A stretch of DNA of 64,000 nt, taken from an uncultured Acidobacteriota bacterium. GTDB taxonomy: Bacteria; Acidobacteriota; Vicinamibacteria; Vicinamibacterales; SCN-69-37. How positions within the stretch are numbered: position 1 is the stretch's first letter; each line of letters begins with the position of its first letter. The translations under genes were made by a program, and so were the position numbers. The notes beneath the pieces were generated by a model that saw nothing but the letters and a program-made list of their open reading frames with translations, did not search any database and was not told where the DNA came from. The stretch is from NCBI GenBank assembly GCA_963738485.1, contig CAVTWK010000005.1, positions 64,549 to 128,548 of the forward strand. The letters are read 5' to 3'. Below, in pieces: positions 52,970 to 62,517 of this stretch.

Positions 52970-53456
52970 ATGAGCACGGTCCGTCAGGTACGAACTGATC
53001 TACATCACTCCCCCGGAGACGACCGAAGAGGTCCTCGCCGACATCCACCAGCAGGTCCTCGTCGTCGTCGAGCGGTTCGGCGGCACCATCGAGCGCACCG
53101 AGAACTGGGGCCGCCGCAAGCTCGCGTACGAGATCGCGCGTCATCGGGACGGCGTCTACGTGCTCGAGGTCATCAACGGTCCCGGCAGCCTGACCACCGA
53201 GCTGGATCGCCGGCTTCGCGTGCTCGACGCGGTCATCCGTCACATCGTCGTCCGCGTGGACGAGGAGCTGGGCGTGGCCGAGCGTGCGCGCACGCGGCGC
53301 AAGGAAAGCATGGCGCGGCGTCGTGTCAAGCGCGGCCTTCCACCTGAGCAGACCGAGGGCGAGCGTCGGCGTCACGCGGAAGAAGACGATGATTCGGACG
53401 GCGGGATGGAGACGGGCTTCCGTCAGGATCGGGACCGGGATCGGGGGGAGCGATGA
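52970..53456 (+). pseudogene. rpsF: 30S ribosomal protein S6, one frame break right after the start (~52986-52990)
   Basis: ATG 52970 has a good SD and gives 'MSTVRQ'. The conserved 'YELIYITPPETTEE...RTENWGRRKLAYEI...GVYVLEVI...' is in the +1 frame, which has no start codon of its own. Confidence 0.9.
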
Positions 53457-53758
53457 GCGACATGGATCGGGATTCGAGAGGCGGCGGCGGACGCGGCGGC
53501 AGCAAGGACAAGAAGGACGGCGAGAAGGGCGGCCGGCGCGGCGGCTTCTTCCGTCGGAAGCGCGTCTGCAAGTTCTGCGTCGAGAAGATCGACTACATCA
53601 ACTACAAGGACACGAAGGTGCTCGCACCGTTCATTCCGGAGCGCGGCAAGATCCAGCCGCGCCGCATCTCCGGCGTGTGCGCGACGCACCAGCGGGCGCT
53701 GCAGACGGCCATCAAGCGGGCGCGTCAGATCGCCCTCGTCCCCTACGTCACGGAGTAA
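53453..53758 (+). CDS. rpsR: 30S ribosomal protein S18
   Basis: '[60 protein letters not shown]'. ATGA overlap with rpsF. Confidence 0.95.
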   Translation: MSDMDRDSRGGGGRGGSKDKKDGEKGGRRGGFFRRKRVCKFCVEKIDYINYKDTKVLAPFIPERGKIQPRRISGVCATHQRALQTAIKRARQIALVPYVTE

Positions 53759-53767
53759 GGCGGGACC

Positions 53768-54220
53768 ATGGCCATCGAAATCATCCTCAAGGAACACGTC
53801 GAACACCTCGGCGAACGCGGCCAGATCGTCAAGGTCGCCCCCGGCTACGCGCGGAACTATCTGTTCCCGCGCAAGCTGGCGCTCGCGGTGACGGCGGAGA
53901 ACAAGCGGCAGGTCGAGCGCGAACGCGTGAAGGCCGAGGCGCGTGAGCAGGACGAGATCAAGGCGGCGCGCGTCGTGGCCGCCACGATCGAGGCCCTCGA
54001 GGTCGCCATCGGGCGGCGCGTGGGCGAGAACGAGACGCTCTACGGGTCGGTCACCGCGGCCGACATCGCCGATGCGCTCGCCGCGCGCGATCTGAACATC
54101 GATCGCCGCAAGATCACGCTGGCCGAGCCGCTTCGGACGCTCGGCGAGCACGCGGTGCCCGTGAAGCTGCACCGCGACGTCATCGCGACCATCAAGCTGA
54201 AGATCGTTCCTGCCGAGTAG
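53768..54220 (+). CDS. rplI: 50S ribosomal protein L9
   Basis: 'MAIEIILKEHVEHLGERGQIVKVAPGYARNYLFPRKLA'. Confidence 0.95.
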   Translation: MAIEIILKEHVEHLGERGQIVKVAPGYARNYLFPRKLALAVTAENKRQVERERVKAEAREQDEIKAARVVAATIEALEVAIGRRVGENETLYGSVTAADIADALAARDLNIDRRKITLAEPLRTLGEHAVPVKLHRDVIATIKLKIVPAE

Positions 54221-54281
54221 CGCGGCCGATCGATCGTCAGTTCGTCGTCAGTCCACCGTCCGTTCGCGGTAGTCTGTCCTC

Positions 54282-55637
54282 ATGGATCGCACCCTCCCGC
54301 ACAACCTCGAAGCCGAGAAGTGCGTGCTGGGTGCGATCCTCATCAACAACCACGCGTTCAACCAGGCCGCGGAAGTCATCGACGCCCAGGACTTCTTCCG
54401 GGATGCGCACCGCCGCATCTTCGAGAAGATGGTCGGGCTCAGCGAGCGCAGCCAGCCGATCGACCTCGTCACCCTCAAGGACGAGCTGCTCAAGTCCGGC
54501 GACCTCGACGAGGTCGGCGGCCCGGCCTACATCTCGGCCCTGACCGACGGCGTCCCCCGTTCGGCGAACATCGAACACTACGCAAAGATCGTCAAGGAAC
54601 GTTCGACGCGACGCCGGCTGATTCTCTCGTCCAACGAGATCATCGGGCGCGCCTACGACGACGGCGAGGAAGACGCCGATCTGCTGCTCGACGAGGCCGA
54701 GAAGGCCATCTTCCAGATTGCGGAGCACCGGCTGCGCACGGGCTTCGTGCGCGTGGGCGAGCTGGTGGACAGCGGCTATCAGCTCATCGAGCAGCTCCAG
54801 CAGCACAAGGGCACGGTCACCGGCGTGCCGAGCGGCTTCGTCGATCTCGATGAGATGACGTCCGGCTGGCAGAAGTCCGACCTGGTCATCGTCGCCGCGC
54901 GCCCGGCGATGGGCAAGACCAGCTTCGTGCTCAACATGGCGATGAACAGCGGCATCGACCACGGCCGCTCGGTCGGCATCTTCAGTCTCGAGATGTCGAA
55001 GGAGCAGCTGTTCATGCGCATGATCACGTCCGAGGCACGCGTCGATGCCCACCGGTTCCGCGGCGGCTTCCTCGGCGAGCAGGACTACGCGCGTCTGGTC
55101 GAGGCGTTTGCGCGGATGCACGACGCGAAGGTGTTCATCGACGACACCCCAGGCCTCGGCATCCTCGAGATGCGCGCCAAGGCCCGGCGCCTGAAGATGG
55201 AGCACGGGCTCGACCTGCTCATCATCGACTACCTGCAGCTGATGCAGGGGCGGGGCCGCTTCGACAACCGTCAGCAGGAGATGGCGTCCATTTCCCGGTC
55301 GCTGAAGATCCTGGCGAAGGAACTGAACATCCCGATCCTCGCGCTCAGCCAGCTCAGCCGCGCGACGGAATCGCGCGGTGACCATCGTCCGCAGCTCTCG
55401 GATCTGCGCGAGTCGGGCGCGCTCGAGCAGGACGCCGACATCGTGCTGTTCATCTTCCGCGAGGAGATGTATCCGGTGGATGGCGAGCGCAATCCCGAGA
55501 CCGAGGGCATCGCCGAGATCATCATCGGTAAGCAGCGCAACGGGCCGACCGGCACCGCGAAGCTCGCGTTCCTCAAGCAGTACACCCGGTTCGAGAACCT
55601 CGCGGCCGGCCAGTACGACCGGCGCGGAGGCGAGTGA
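54282..55637 (+). CDS. dnaB: Replicative DNA helicase
   Basis: 'LPHNLEAEKCVLGAIL...AARPAMGKTSFVLNMA...IIDYLQLM...SRSLKILAKELNIPILALSQLSR...SDLRESGALEQDADIV'. Confidence 0.95.
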   Translation: MDRTLPHNLEAEKCVLGAILINNHAFNQAAEVIDAQDFFRDAHRRIFEKMVGLSERSQPIDLVTLKDELLKSGDLDEVGGPAYISALTDGVPRSANIEHYAKIVKERSTRRRLILSSNEIIGRAYDDGEEDADLLLDEAEKAIFQIAEHRLRTGFVRVGELVDSGYQLIEQLQQHKGTVTGVPSGFVDLDEMTSGWQKSDLVIVAARPAMGKTSFVLNMAMNSGIDHGRSVGIFSLEMSKEQLFMRMITSEARVDAHRFRGGFLGEQDYARLVEAFARMHDAKVFIDDTPGLGILEMRAKARRLKMEHGLDLLIIDYLQLMQGRGRFDNRQQEMASISRSLKILAKELNIPILALSQLSRATESRGDHRPQLSDLRESGALEQDADIVLFIFREEMYPVDGERNPETEGIAEIIIGKQRNGPTGTAKLAFLKQYTRFENLAAGQYDRRGGE

Positions 55638-56851
55638 TCCGGCCGACGGTCGCGCGGGTGGATCTGGACGCGCTGCGCGGCAACGTCCGCGCGCTCCGGG
55701 ACCTGCTGGCGCGCGAGTCGGTGGCGCTTGCGCGTCCAGGGACAGCACGACCCGTTGTGGCCGGTGCTGTCGGATCCGGCGAGAGCGGGTCCGGTGGCCA
55801 ATCCGCAGGTGCGCCGCGCGTCATTGCCGTCGTCAAGGCCAATGCGTACGGACACGGTGCGGCCGAGGTCGGTCTCGCCTTCGAAGCGGCGGGCGCGGCC
55901 ATGCTGGCGTGTGCGGACATCGAGGAGGGCGTCGGGTTGCGCGACGCCGGTGTCGAGATTCCGATCCTCGTGTTCGGCGCCCTCAGTGTGAGCGATCTCG
56001 ACGGCGTGTTCACCCATCGACTGACGCCGACGGTGTCCACCCCGGCGGCCGCGCGCGCGCTCGAGGCGGCGGCGACGCGCCGCGACGTGCGTTTGACGTG
56101 TCACCTCAAGATCGACACGGGGATGAACCGGCTCGGTTTCAGGCACGACAATCTGACGCGTACACTGCCGGAGGTGCTGGCGAGCCCGAGCCTCACCTTC
56201 GAGGCGGTCTACACGCACTTTGCGACGGCCGACGAGCCGGAGTCGCCGTTCCTCGAGGAGCAACGGGTCCGATTCGAGCGCGCCTGCGCGGCGCTGGGTG
56301 CGATGGGCCTGCGCGGACTCTGGCGACACGCGGCCAACTCCGCCGCCCTGCTCCGTGACACGCGGACCTGGTACGACGCGGTGAGGCCAGGGCTCTTGCT
56401 CTACGGCATCGTGCCGCCGCCACTCGCCGCTGCGGATCTGGCGTTGCAGCCCGCGCTCTCGCTGCGCAGTCGCGTCGTCGCCGTCAAGGGCCTGCGCCCA
56501 GGTGAAGGGACCGGCTATGGGCTCCGCTGGCGCGCGGACGGGTCTCGCACGATCGCGATCGTGCCGGCCGGATATGCCGATGGTCTCGACACCCGACTCG
56601 CGGGGCGCGGACACGCGCTGGTGCGCGGACGCCGCGTGCCGATCCTCGGGTCGGTCTGCATGGACTCGATCATGGTGGACGTCACGGGTCTCGACGTCTC
56701 ACCCGGCGACGAGGTCGTTCTCATCGGCGAGCAGGGCGATGAAGCGCTGACGGCCCGCGAGATGGCCGCCGAGATCGGCGCGATTCCGTGGGAGATCGTC
56801 TGTCGGCTCGGGTCGCGCATCGAACGCCGGTTCACCGGCGCGGCCGACTGA
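55634..56851 (+). CDS. alr: Alanine racemase
   Basis: 'VIAVVKANAYGHGA' (PLP lysine), 'HLKIDTGMNRLGF', 'VRPGLLLYG' and 'GYADG'. The GTG start overlaps the dnaB stop. A ~35-aa low-complexity insertion follows residue ~25. Confidence 0.9.
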   Translation: MIRPTVARVDLDALRGNVRALRDLLARESVALARPGTARPVVAGAVGSGESGSGGQSAGAPRVIAVVKANAYGHGAAEVGLAFEAAGAAMLACADIEEGVGLRDAGVEIPILVFGALSVSDLDGVFTHRLTPTVSTPAAARALEAAATRRDVRLTCHLKIDTGMNRLGFRHDNLTRTLPEVLASPSLTFEAVYTHFATADEPESPFLEEQRVRFERACAALGAMGLRGLWRHAANSAALLRDTRTWYDAVRPGLLLYGIVPPPLAAADLALQPALSLRSRVVAVKGLRPGEGTGYGLRWRADGSRTIAIVPAGYADGLDTRLAGRGHALVRGRRVPILGSVCMDSIMVDVTGLDVSPGDEVVLIGEQGDEALTAREMAAEIGAIPWEIVCRLGSRIERRFTGAAD

Positions 56852-56968
56852 GGATTCACCGCGAAGATACGAACGAAGACGCGACAAAGGGCAGTTCACC
56901 GCGGAGCGGCGGAGGAGAGCCTAGGGTAGGGCTTTCACTGCGGAGGGACGGAGGTCGCGCCGCAAGAC
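56852..56968. repeat. Three 39-nt-spaced copies of the word GNNTTCAC(C/T)GCG(A/G)AG
   Basis: ggattcaccgcgaag (56852), gcagttcaccgcggag (56891) and ggctttcactgcggag (56930). Only the first ~16 nt of each 39-nt unit are conserved. Confidence 0.75.
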
Positions 56969-57004
56969 CCCCATTCGGTCAGGCGCGCTGTTTCGCCCAC
57001 TCAG

Positions 57005-57490
57005 TCACTTTTGTTCCGCTGCCTTTCGCTCGTATTCCATACGCGGCGCGTTGTCCGGATCTCCCAGATAGTCGTAGAGGTAGGAAGCCCAGCGCCAGTC
57101 CCGCCCGACTTCGACAAAGCCACCAAATTGTCGTTTAGCCGTGATGTCGGGGCGGCTCGACATTTGTGAAAAATGGAGGTCCAGACGCCATCCCTCGTAG
57201 GTAGAACCGCTCACGGACCAGACGCCACGACCGCTCTCCAGGTACGGCGTACCCTCCTCGCTCCAGGTAACGGGCAGATCCGACACCATGAACGAGCCAT
57301 CCGGCTTCACCGTGAGAGTGGTCTTCGCTGTTCGCATCGCGGACGGCAGCCGCGCCCGAGAGCCACCAGTCAGGCTCCACACTCCGACAACGTCAGCGGG
57401 TTCGATTCGGCGACAACTCACGAGGGCAATGCATAGACACAACACCGCCCCCAAGCCCACCGCACGACGCGACACCGGAGCCATGCGCAT
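57005..57490 (-). CDS. Hypothetical lipoprotein
   Basis: Signal peptide plus lipobox 'LCIALVSC'. 161 aa with no recognised domain. Confidence 0.6.
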   Translation of the reverse strand: MRMAPVSRRAVGLGAVLCLCIALVSCRRIEPADVVGVWSLTGGSRARLPSAMRTAKTTLTVKPDGSFMVSDLPVTWSEEGTPYLESGRGVWSVSGSTYEGWRLDLHFSQMSSRPDITAKRQFGGFVEVGRDWRWASYLYDYLGDPDNAPRMEYERKAAEQK

Positions 57491-57707
57491 CGCGCCTGAT
57501 TCTAACCGCCAGGCCGCCCTTCCCTCGGCCTCGATCGGAGCCCCGCCTGCACCAGGCTAACCCTTGGTGCTCTTGCTCCATCGATCGGTGGCAGCTCTCT
57601 TTCCGATTTCCACGCGGCCTCCGGCCCTCTGCCCCTCCGTGGTGAACCCGATCTCCGCATCTTCGTGGCGAAATCCGTCGGCCTCGCACCAAGCCCCTCG
57701 CCCGGCT

Positions 57708-59090
57708 ATGCTTGCCCTAAGCCGCATGCGTGCACCTCGAACCGTCTTTGCCTGTCAGGAATGCGGCGCCCAGTCCCCGAAGTGGCTGGGCAGGTGCCCG
57801 GACTGCAACGCGTGGAACAGTTTCGTCGAGGAGAAGCCACCGGCCGCGGTGCCGGAACAGCGCGGCGCGGCCACGCCGATGGGCGGGCAGAAGGCGCGCT
57901 TGATTGCCGACGTCGAGGCGACGTCCGCCGAACGTCTCACGACTGGCATCAGCGAGTTCGATCGTGTGCTCGGCGGTGGCATCGTGCCCGGGTCGCTTGT
58001 GTTGCTCGGCGGTGAACCGGGCATCGGCAAGTCCACGCTGCTCCTGCAAGCCGCGTCTCACTTCGCCGCGACCTTCGGTCCCGTCCTGTACTGCTCGGGC
58101 GAAGAGTCTGAGCACCAGATCAAGATGCGTGGCGATCGCCTCGGCGTGCGCCCCGACAGGTTGTATCTGCTCGCCGAGACCTGCGTCGAACGCCTGCTCG
58201 AGGAAGTGGATCGTCTCAAGCCGGCGCTGCTCATCGTGGACTCGATTCAGACAGTCTTCTCGCTGAAGCTGCAGTCGGCGCCTGGCAGCGTCAGCCAGGT
58301 CCGACAGGCCGCGACTGATCTGCTGTTCACGGCCAAGGGCCGGAACCTGCCGACGATTCTGGTAGGCCACGTCACCAAGGACGGCGCTCTGGCCGGCCCG
58401 AAAGTGCTCGAGCACGTCGTGGACACGGTGCTGTACTTCGAGGGCGAACAGCACCACGCGCACCGCATCGTCCGCGCCGTCAAGAACCGCTTCGGCGCGG
58501 TCAGCGAACTCGGCGTGTTCGAGATGACGGGCGAGGGGCTCTTGCCCGTCCCGAACCCGTCGAAGCTGTTCCTGGCCGAACGACCCGCCAGCGCGCCCGG
58601 CTCCGCGGTGCTTTCGACGATCGAGGGCTCGCGCCCGATCCTGGTCGAGGTGCAGGCGCTCGTCAGCAGCGCGACCTTCGGCAACGCGCAGCGCACGGCC
58701 AACGGCCTCGATCGCAGCCGCCTGACGCTGCTCCTCGCCGTGCTCGACAAGCGCGTCGGCCTCAGCGTGGCGACTGACGACGTGTTCGTGAATGTGGCCG
58801 GCGGCCTCAGCGTGGACGAGCCGGCCGCCGACCTGGCTGTCCTCGCGGCCGTGGCCTCGAGCATGCGCAACCGCGTCATCGCCTCGGACGTCGTCGTCTT
58901 CGGGGAGGTTGGACTGGCAGGTGAGGTGCGGTCCACGACGCAGGCCGCCTTACGCGTGCGCGAGGCCGCGCAACTCGGGTTCAAGCGCTGCGTCCTTCCG
59001 CATGGCAACCTCGCGGCGAAGGACGTGCCCGCGGGGATGGTCGTCACCGGCGTCAAGACAGTGGCAGAGGCGATTGATGAACTTATGTAG
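57708..59090 (+). CDS. radA: DNA repair protein RadA (Sms)
   Basis: Zinc finger 'FACQECGAQSPKWLGRCPDCNAWNS', Walker A 'GGEPGIGKSTLLLQ', 'KNRFG', and a Lon-like C-terminal domain. An alternative start is ATG 57726. Confidence 0.95.
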   Translation: MLALSRMRAPRTVFACQECGAQSPKWLGRCPDCNAWNSFVEEKPPAAVPEQRGAATPMGGQKARLIADVEATSAERLTTGISEFDRVLGGGIVPGSLVLLGGEPGIGKSTLLLQAASHFAATFGPVLYCSGEESEHQIKMRGDRLGVRPDRLYLLAETCVERLLEEVDRLKPALLIVDSIQTVFSLKLQSAPGSVSQVRQAATDLLFTAKGRNLPTILVGHVTKDGALAGPKVLEHVVDTVLYFEGEQHHAHRIVRAVKNRFGAVSELGVFEMTGEGLLPVPNPSKLFLAERPASAPGSAVLSTIEGSRPILVEVQALVSSATFGNAQRTANGLDRSRLTLLLAVLDKRVGLSVATDDVFVNVAGGLSVDEPAADLAVLAAVASSMRNRVIASDVVVFGEVGLAGEVRSTTQAALRVREAAQLGFKRCVLPHGNLAAKDVPAGMVVTGVKTVAEAIDELM

Positions 59091-59091
59091 C

Positions 59092-59247
59092 GGGTCCGAC
59101 AGGTGCGGCGGGTACGACGGGTACACGGGTGCGACAGGTAATCAGGTACGCCGGGTACGCGGGTACGCCGGGTACGCGGGTACGCCAGGTGCGTCAGGTA
59201 CGCCAGGTACTCAGGTACGCCGGGTACGCGGCTACGGCAGGTACACG
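59092..59247. repeat. Array of ~18 tandem 8-9-nt units, consensus (G)GGTACGCN
   Basis: ...ggtacgcc gggtacgc gggtacgcc gggtacgc gggtacgcca ggtgcgtca ggtacgcca ggtactca ggtacgcc gggtacgc... Confidence 0.9.
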
Positions 59248-59266
59248 GAAGGACCGAGGAGCAGCG

Positions 59267-61193
59267 ATGAAGGTCCGAGGCGTCATGGTCATCGGCAACG
59301 TCGTCGTGTCGGGGCTGGTGCTTGCGGCGCAGGCGCCGGCCCCAGTGGTGCCGGGCGCGCCGCCGCCGCAGGCGACGTTTCGTGCGGGCGTAGATATCGT
59401 ACCAGTTCGACGTCACCGTTCTCGACCGTGACAGGAAGCCCGTGCGCGGACTGACGGCCGCGGACTTCACCGTCATCGAAGACGGCAAGCCGAGGCCCAT
59501 CGTCGCGTTCACGCCGGTGGATGTGCCGGGACCCGCGCCAGTGTCCGCGCCGTGGATACGCGAGGTGGCGCCAGATGTCGTGTCGAACGCGACCGACACG
59601 CGACGACTAGTCATGATTCTGTTGGACGACGCCATCTCGAGCCCGGCGTACGGCGGACCGCCGGTCTCGCGGACCATTGCGCACAAGGTGGTCGATGGCC
59701 TCGGCCCAGACGACTTGGCGGCCATCGTGTTCACGCGGATGGGCAATGCGCAGAACTTCACCGCCGATCGAGCCGCCTTGCGACGCGCGATCGACAGGTT
59801 CGCACCCAAGATCCCGGCCGACCCAACAATCGCCGCCGTGGCTGGTCCGCCTCTGGCGTGTAGCAACAATCACGGCGTCGGCTGCAGCGTGCCTCAGGTT
59901 GCCCTGGCGGCACGTGCCCTGCTCAACGCCGCGGCTGGGCGCAAGGTGCTCGTGTACGTGAGCCCTGGCGGCGTGCCCGCGATGGACGGCACGGACCGAG
60001 ACGACCTCAATCGCCTGGTGGAGGTGGGCGACATGCTCCGCGACGTGCAGCGCACAAACCTGACGGTCTATTCCTTCAATCCAGACGGCATGATGAGGGG
60101 GGCGTTCTCCAACCCGCATGGGGCCCGTTGGCTGGCGGAGAATACCGGCGGGCGCGCGATCACCGACACCAACAGGCCCGAGGAGCACGTCGAAGCGGTG
60201 ATGGCAGAGAGTTCGCACTACTACCTGTTGGGCTTCCAGGCGGCTGACCTCGACAGGGGCGCGGCTGACTTCCGACGGGTCAAGGTCCACGTCAATCGTC
60301 CCGGCCTCGAGGTGCGGGCGCGCAGCGGATACTTCCCGCCGGCCGTGGCCAAGCCGTCGCGAAAGGCGCCACCTGCGCCCATTGACGCCGCGGTCGCGGG
60401 GGCGCTACCCAGATCGGATCTGGCCCTGGGCCTGCACGTGCTGCCATTCGCCGCGTCGAACGGCAAGGACGCCGAGATCGCCATCGTCGTGCGCGTCACC
60501 GAGACAGCCAACGGTGACCCTGCGATCGCGCCAGGTCAGCCGTGGCCACGGCGCAACGCGCGAGTGCTCGCCGTGGCCTACGACGACGGCTACAGCGTCA
60601 AGGGATCGACGAACAAGACGATGTCGTTTCGCCTGCAGCCTCCCGCCGGGCGCGGCGCCGTGCGATCGCTCACTACGAGTTGTTGTCCAGGCTGCCGATC
60701 AAGCCCGGTCGCTACGAACTGCGCGTCGCCGCCGAGGTGGATGGTCGCGTAGGGAGCGCCTACACGTCGGTCGAGGTGCCCAACTTCGCGAGAGACGCGC
60801 TCTCCCTCTCCCCGATCGCGGTCGTCGCGCACACCTGCCATCGCGACGGCGCCGAGCGATGCGCTGCACGGTCTCCTCCCCATCGTGCCCACCGCCGTGC
60901 GCGAGTTCGCTCAGACCGATCGCCTCGAAGCCTTCATCCGCGTCCACCAGCGAGGGAACCGCCCGGCCAGCCCCGTCGCGCTCACGTCCACCATCACCGC
61001 CGAGGACAACCGGCAGGTGTTCAGCGAGACCTCCCGCCTCGCGGCCGACACGTTCACACGGGAAGCCGGTACCGATTTCCGTCTCGGACTGCCCCTCACG
61101 CGCCTGACACCCGGGCAGTATCTGCTCACGATTCACGCCACAGCCGCTCCGGCAGCCTCAGTCACCAAGACCCTCCGCTTCACGGTGCGCTGA
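59267..61193 (+). pseudogene. VWFA-related acidobacterial-domain protein (TIGR03436-like), frame broken about three times (~59400, ~60660, ~60835)
   Basis: A signal peptide, then 'FRAGVDIV'. Next comes 'FDVTVLDRDRKPVRGLTAADFTVIEDGKPRPIVAF... LVMILLDDA...' (vWA-like). Then 'YELLSRLPIKPGRYELRVAAEV'. Finally '...TPGQYLLTIHATA...TLRFTV'. These pieces are spread over four frames. Confidence 0.8.
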
Positions 61194-61195
61194 GC

Positions 61196-61378
61196 CGCAC
61201 CCGGCGTACCTGGTGTACCTGGTGACCTGACGTACCCGGCGCACCTGCCGTACCTGTGTACCCGGCGTACCTGGCGTACCCGTCGTACCTGTGTACCGGT
61301 CGCACCCGAGCACCCGTCGTACCCGGGTACCTGCCGTACCTCTGTACCTGGCGTACCCGCTGTACCCAACGGACCCGT
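61196..61378. repeat. Array of ~21 tandem 8-9-nt units NGCGTACC(C), the reverse complement of the 59092-59247 array
   Basis: ...ggcgtacc tggtgtacc tggtgacc tgacgtaccc ggcgcacc tgccgtacc tgtgtaccc ggcgtacc tggcgtaccc gtcgtacc... Confidence 0.9.
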
Positions 61379-61382
61379 TACA

Positions 61383-62468
61383 ATGGCTTTCGTGATGCGC
61401 GGCTTCTACCTCGTTCGTCTCGTCTTCATCATCGTCGTCGCCTACTCGGCCTCGCTGATCGAGCCGATCGTGGGACCGGTGTGGCTGAATGCGTTGCTCG
61501 GCATGGGCGTCGGTCTGCTGATCGTCGTCGCCGAGTCGCGCTTGCGCGATGCGGCGGTGCCGAACATCCTCGGCGCGCTCATCGGATTTGGCGTCGGATT
61601 GCTGATCTCGCGGACGATGGGCGAGGCGCTGTTCTGGGCGGACACGACCAGCCCGAAGGTCCGGTTCCTGCACAGCCTCATCGTCTACATCCCGCCGTAC
61701 CTCGGCACGGTGTTCGGCGCGCGCAAGGGCGAATGGCTGGAGCCGGCGAAGTTCGCCTCGCTCTTCCGGGACGCGCGGCCGCAGCGGCGCTATCGCATCC
61801 TCGACACGAGCGTGATCATCGACGGCCGCGTGGCGGACATCGTCGAGACGGGCTTCCTCGATGGCACCCTCGTCGTGCCGCAGTTCGTGCTCAAGGAACT
61901 CCAGTTCGTCGCGGATTCGTCCGACCCGCTCAAGCGTAATCGCGGCCGCCGAGGCCTCGACGTGCTGCATCGCATCCAGAAGATGTCGGGCGTCGAGGTC
62001 ATCATCTCTGACGTCGATTTCCCGCAGGTCAAGGAAGTGGACCTCAAGCTCATCGAGCTGGCGCGCACGATGCTCGCGCGGATCGTCACCAACGACTTCA
62101 ACCTGAACAAGGTCGCGCAGCTGCGGGGCATCGAGGTGCTGAACATCAACGAGCTGGCCAACGGGTTGAAGCCCGTCGTGCTGCCCGGTGAGGTGATGCA
62201 TGTGTTCATCCTGAAGGAAGGCAAGGAGTACAACCAGGGTGTCGCGTATCTCGATGACGGCACCATGGTCGTCGTTGACAATGCGAGGAGCCGCATCGGC
62301 CGGAACCTCGACATCGTGGTCACGAGCGTGCTCCAGACCACGGCGGGCCGGATGATCTTCGGCCGGCACATCGACAACTCTTCGAGCGGTGACGCCTCGG
62401 GCAAGTCCGAGTCCCGAGTGGACCGCGACGAGTCCGGCCGGCGGCCCCGGCCGGCGGCGCAGGGCTGA
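61383..62468 (+). CDS. PIN/TRAM-domain membrane-anchored protein (YacL-like)
   Basis: N-terminal TM segments, a PIN domain '[38 protein letters not shown]...[12 protein letters not shown]', and a TRAM-like C-terminus. It follows the radA neighbourhood, as in many bacteria. Confidence 0.8.
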   Translation: MAFVMRGFYLVRLVFIIVVAYSASLIEPIVGPVWLNALLGMGVGLLIVVAESRLRDAAVPNILGALIGFGVGLLISRTMGEALFWADTTSPKVRFLHSLIVYIPPYLGTVFGARKGEWLEPAKFASLFRDARPQRRYRILDTSVIIDGRVADIVETGFLDGTLVVPQFVLKELQFVADSSDPLKRNRGRRGLDVLHRIQKMSGVEVIISDVDFPQVKEVDLKLIELARTMLARIVTNDFNLNKVAQLRGIEVLNINELANGLKPVVLPGEVMHVFILKEGKEYNQGVAYLDDGTMVVVDNARSRIGRNLDIVVTSVLQTTAGRMIFGRHIDNSSSGDASGKSESRVDRDESGRRPRPAAQG

Positions 62469-62517
62469 CGCCCGAGCCCGGCCCACTGGCGGACGCGATG
62501 CCGTCCCGCGCTGCCGC

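Noticed and set aside
59092-61378. Possible CRISPR arrays, suggested by the regularly spaced short repeats at 59092-59247, 61196-61378, 25522-25587 and 33945-34230.
   Set aside because: The periods are 8-9 nt or ~20 nt with no unique spacers of 25-40 nt. The repeats are degenerate, and no cas genes or leader are present.
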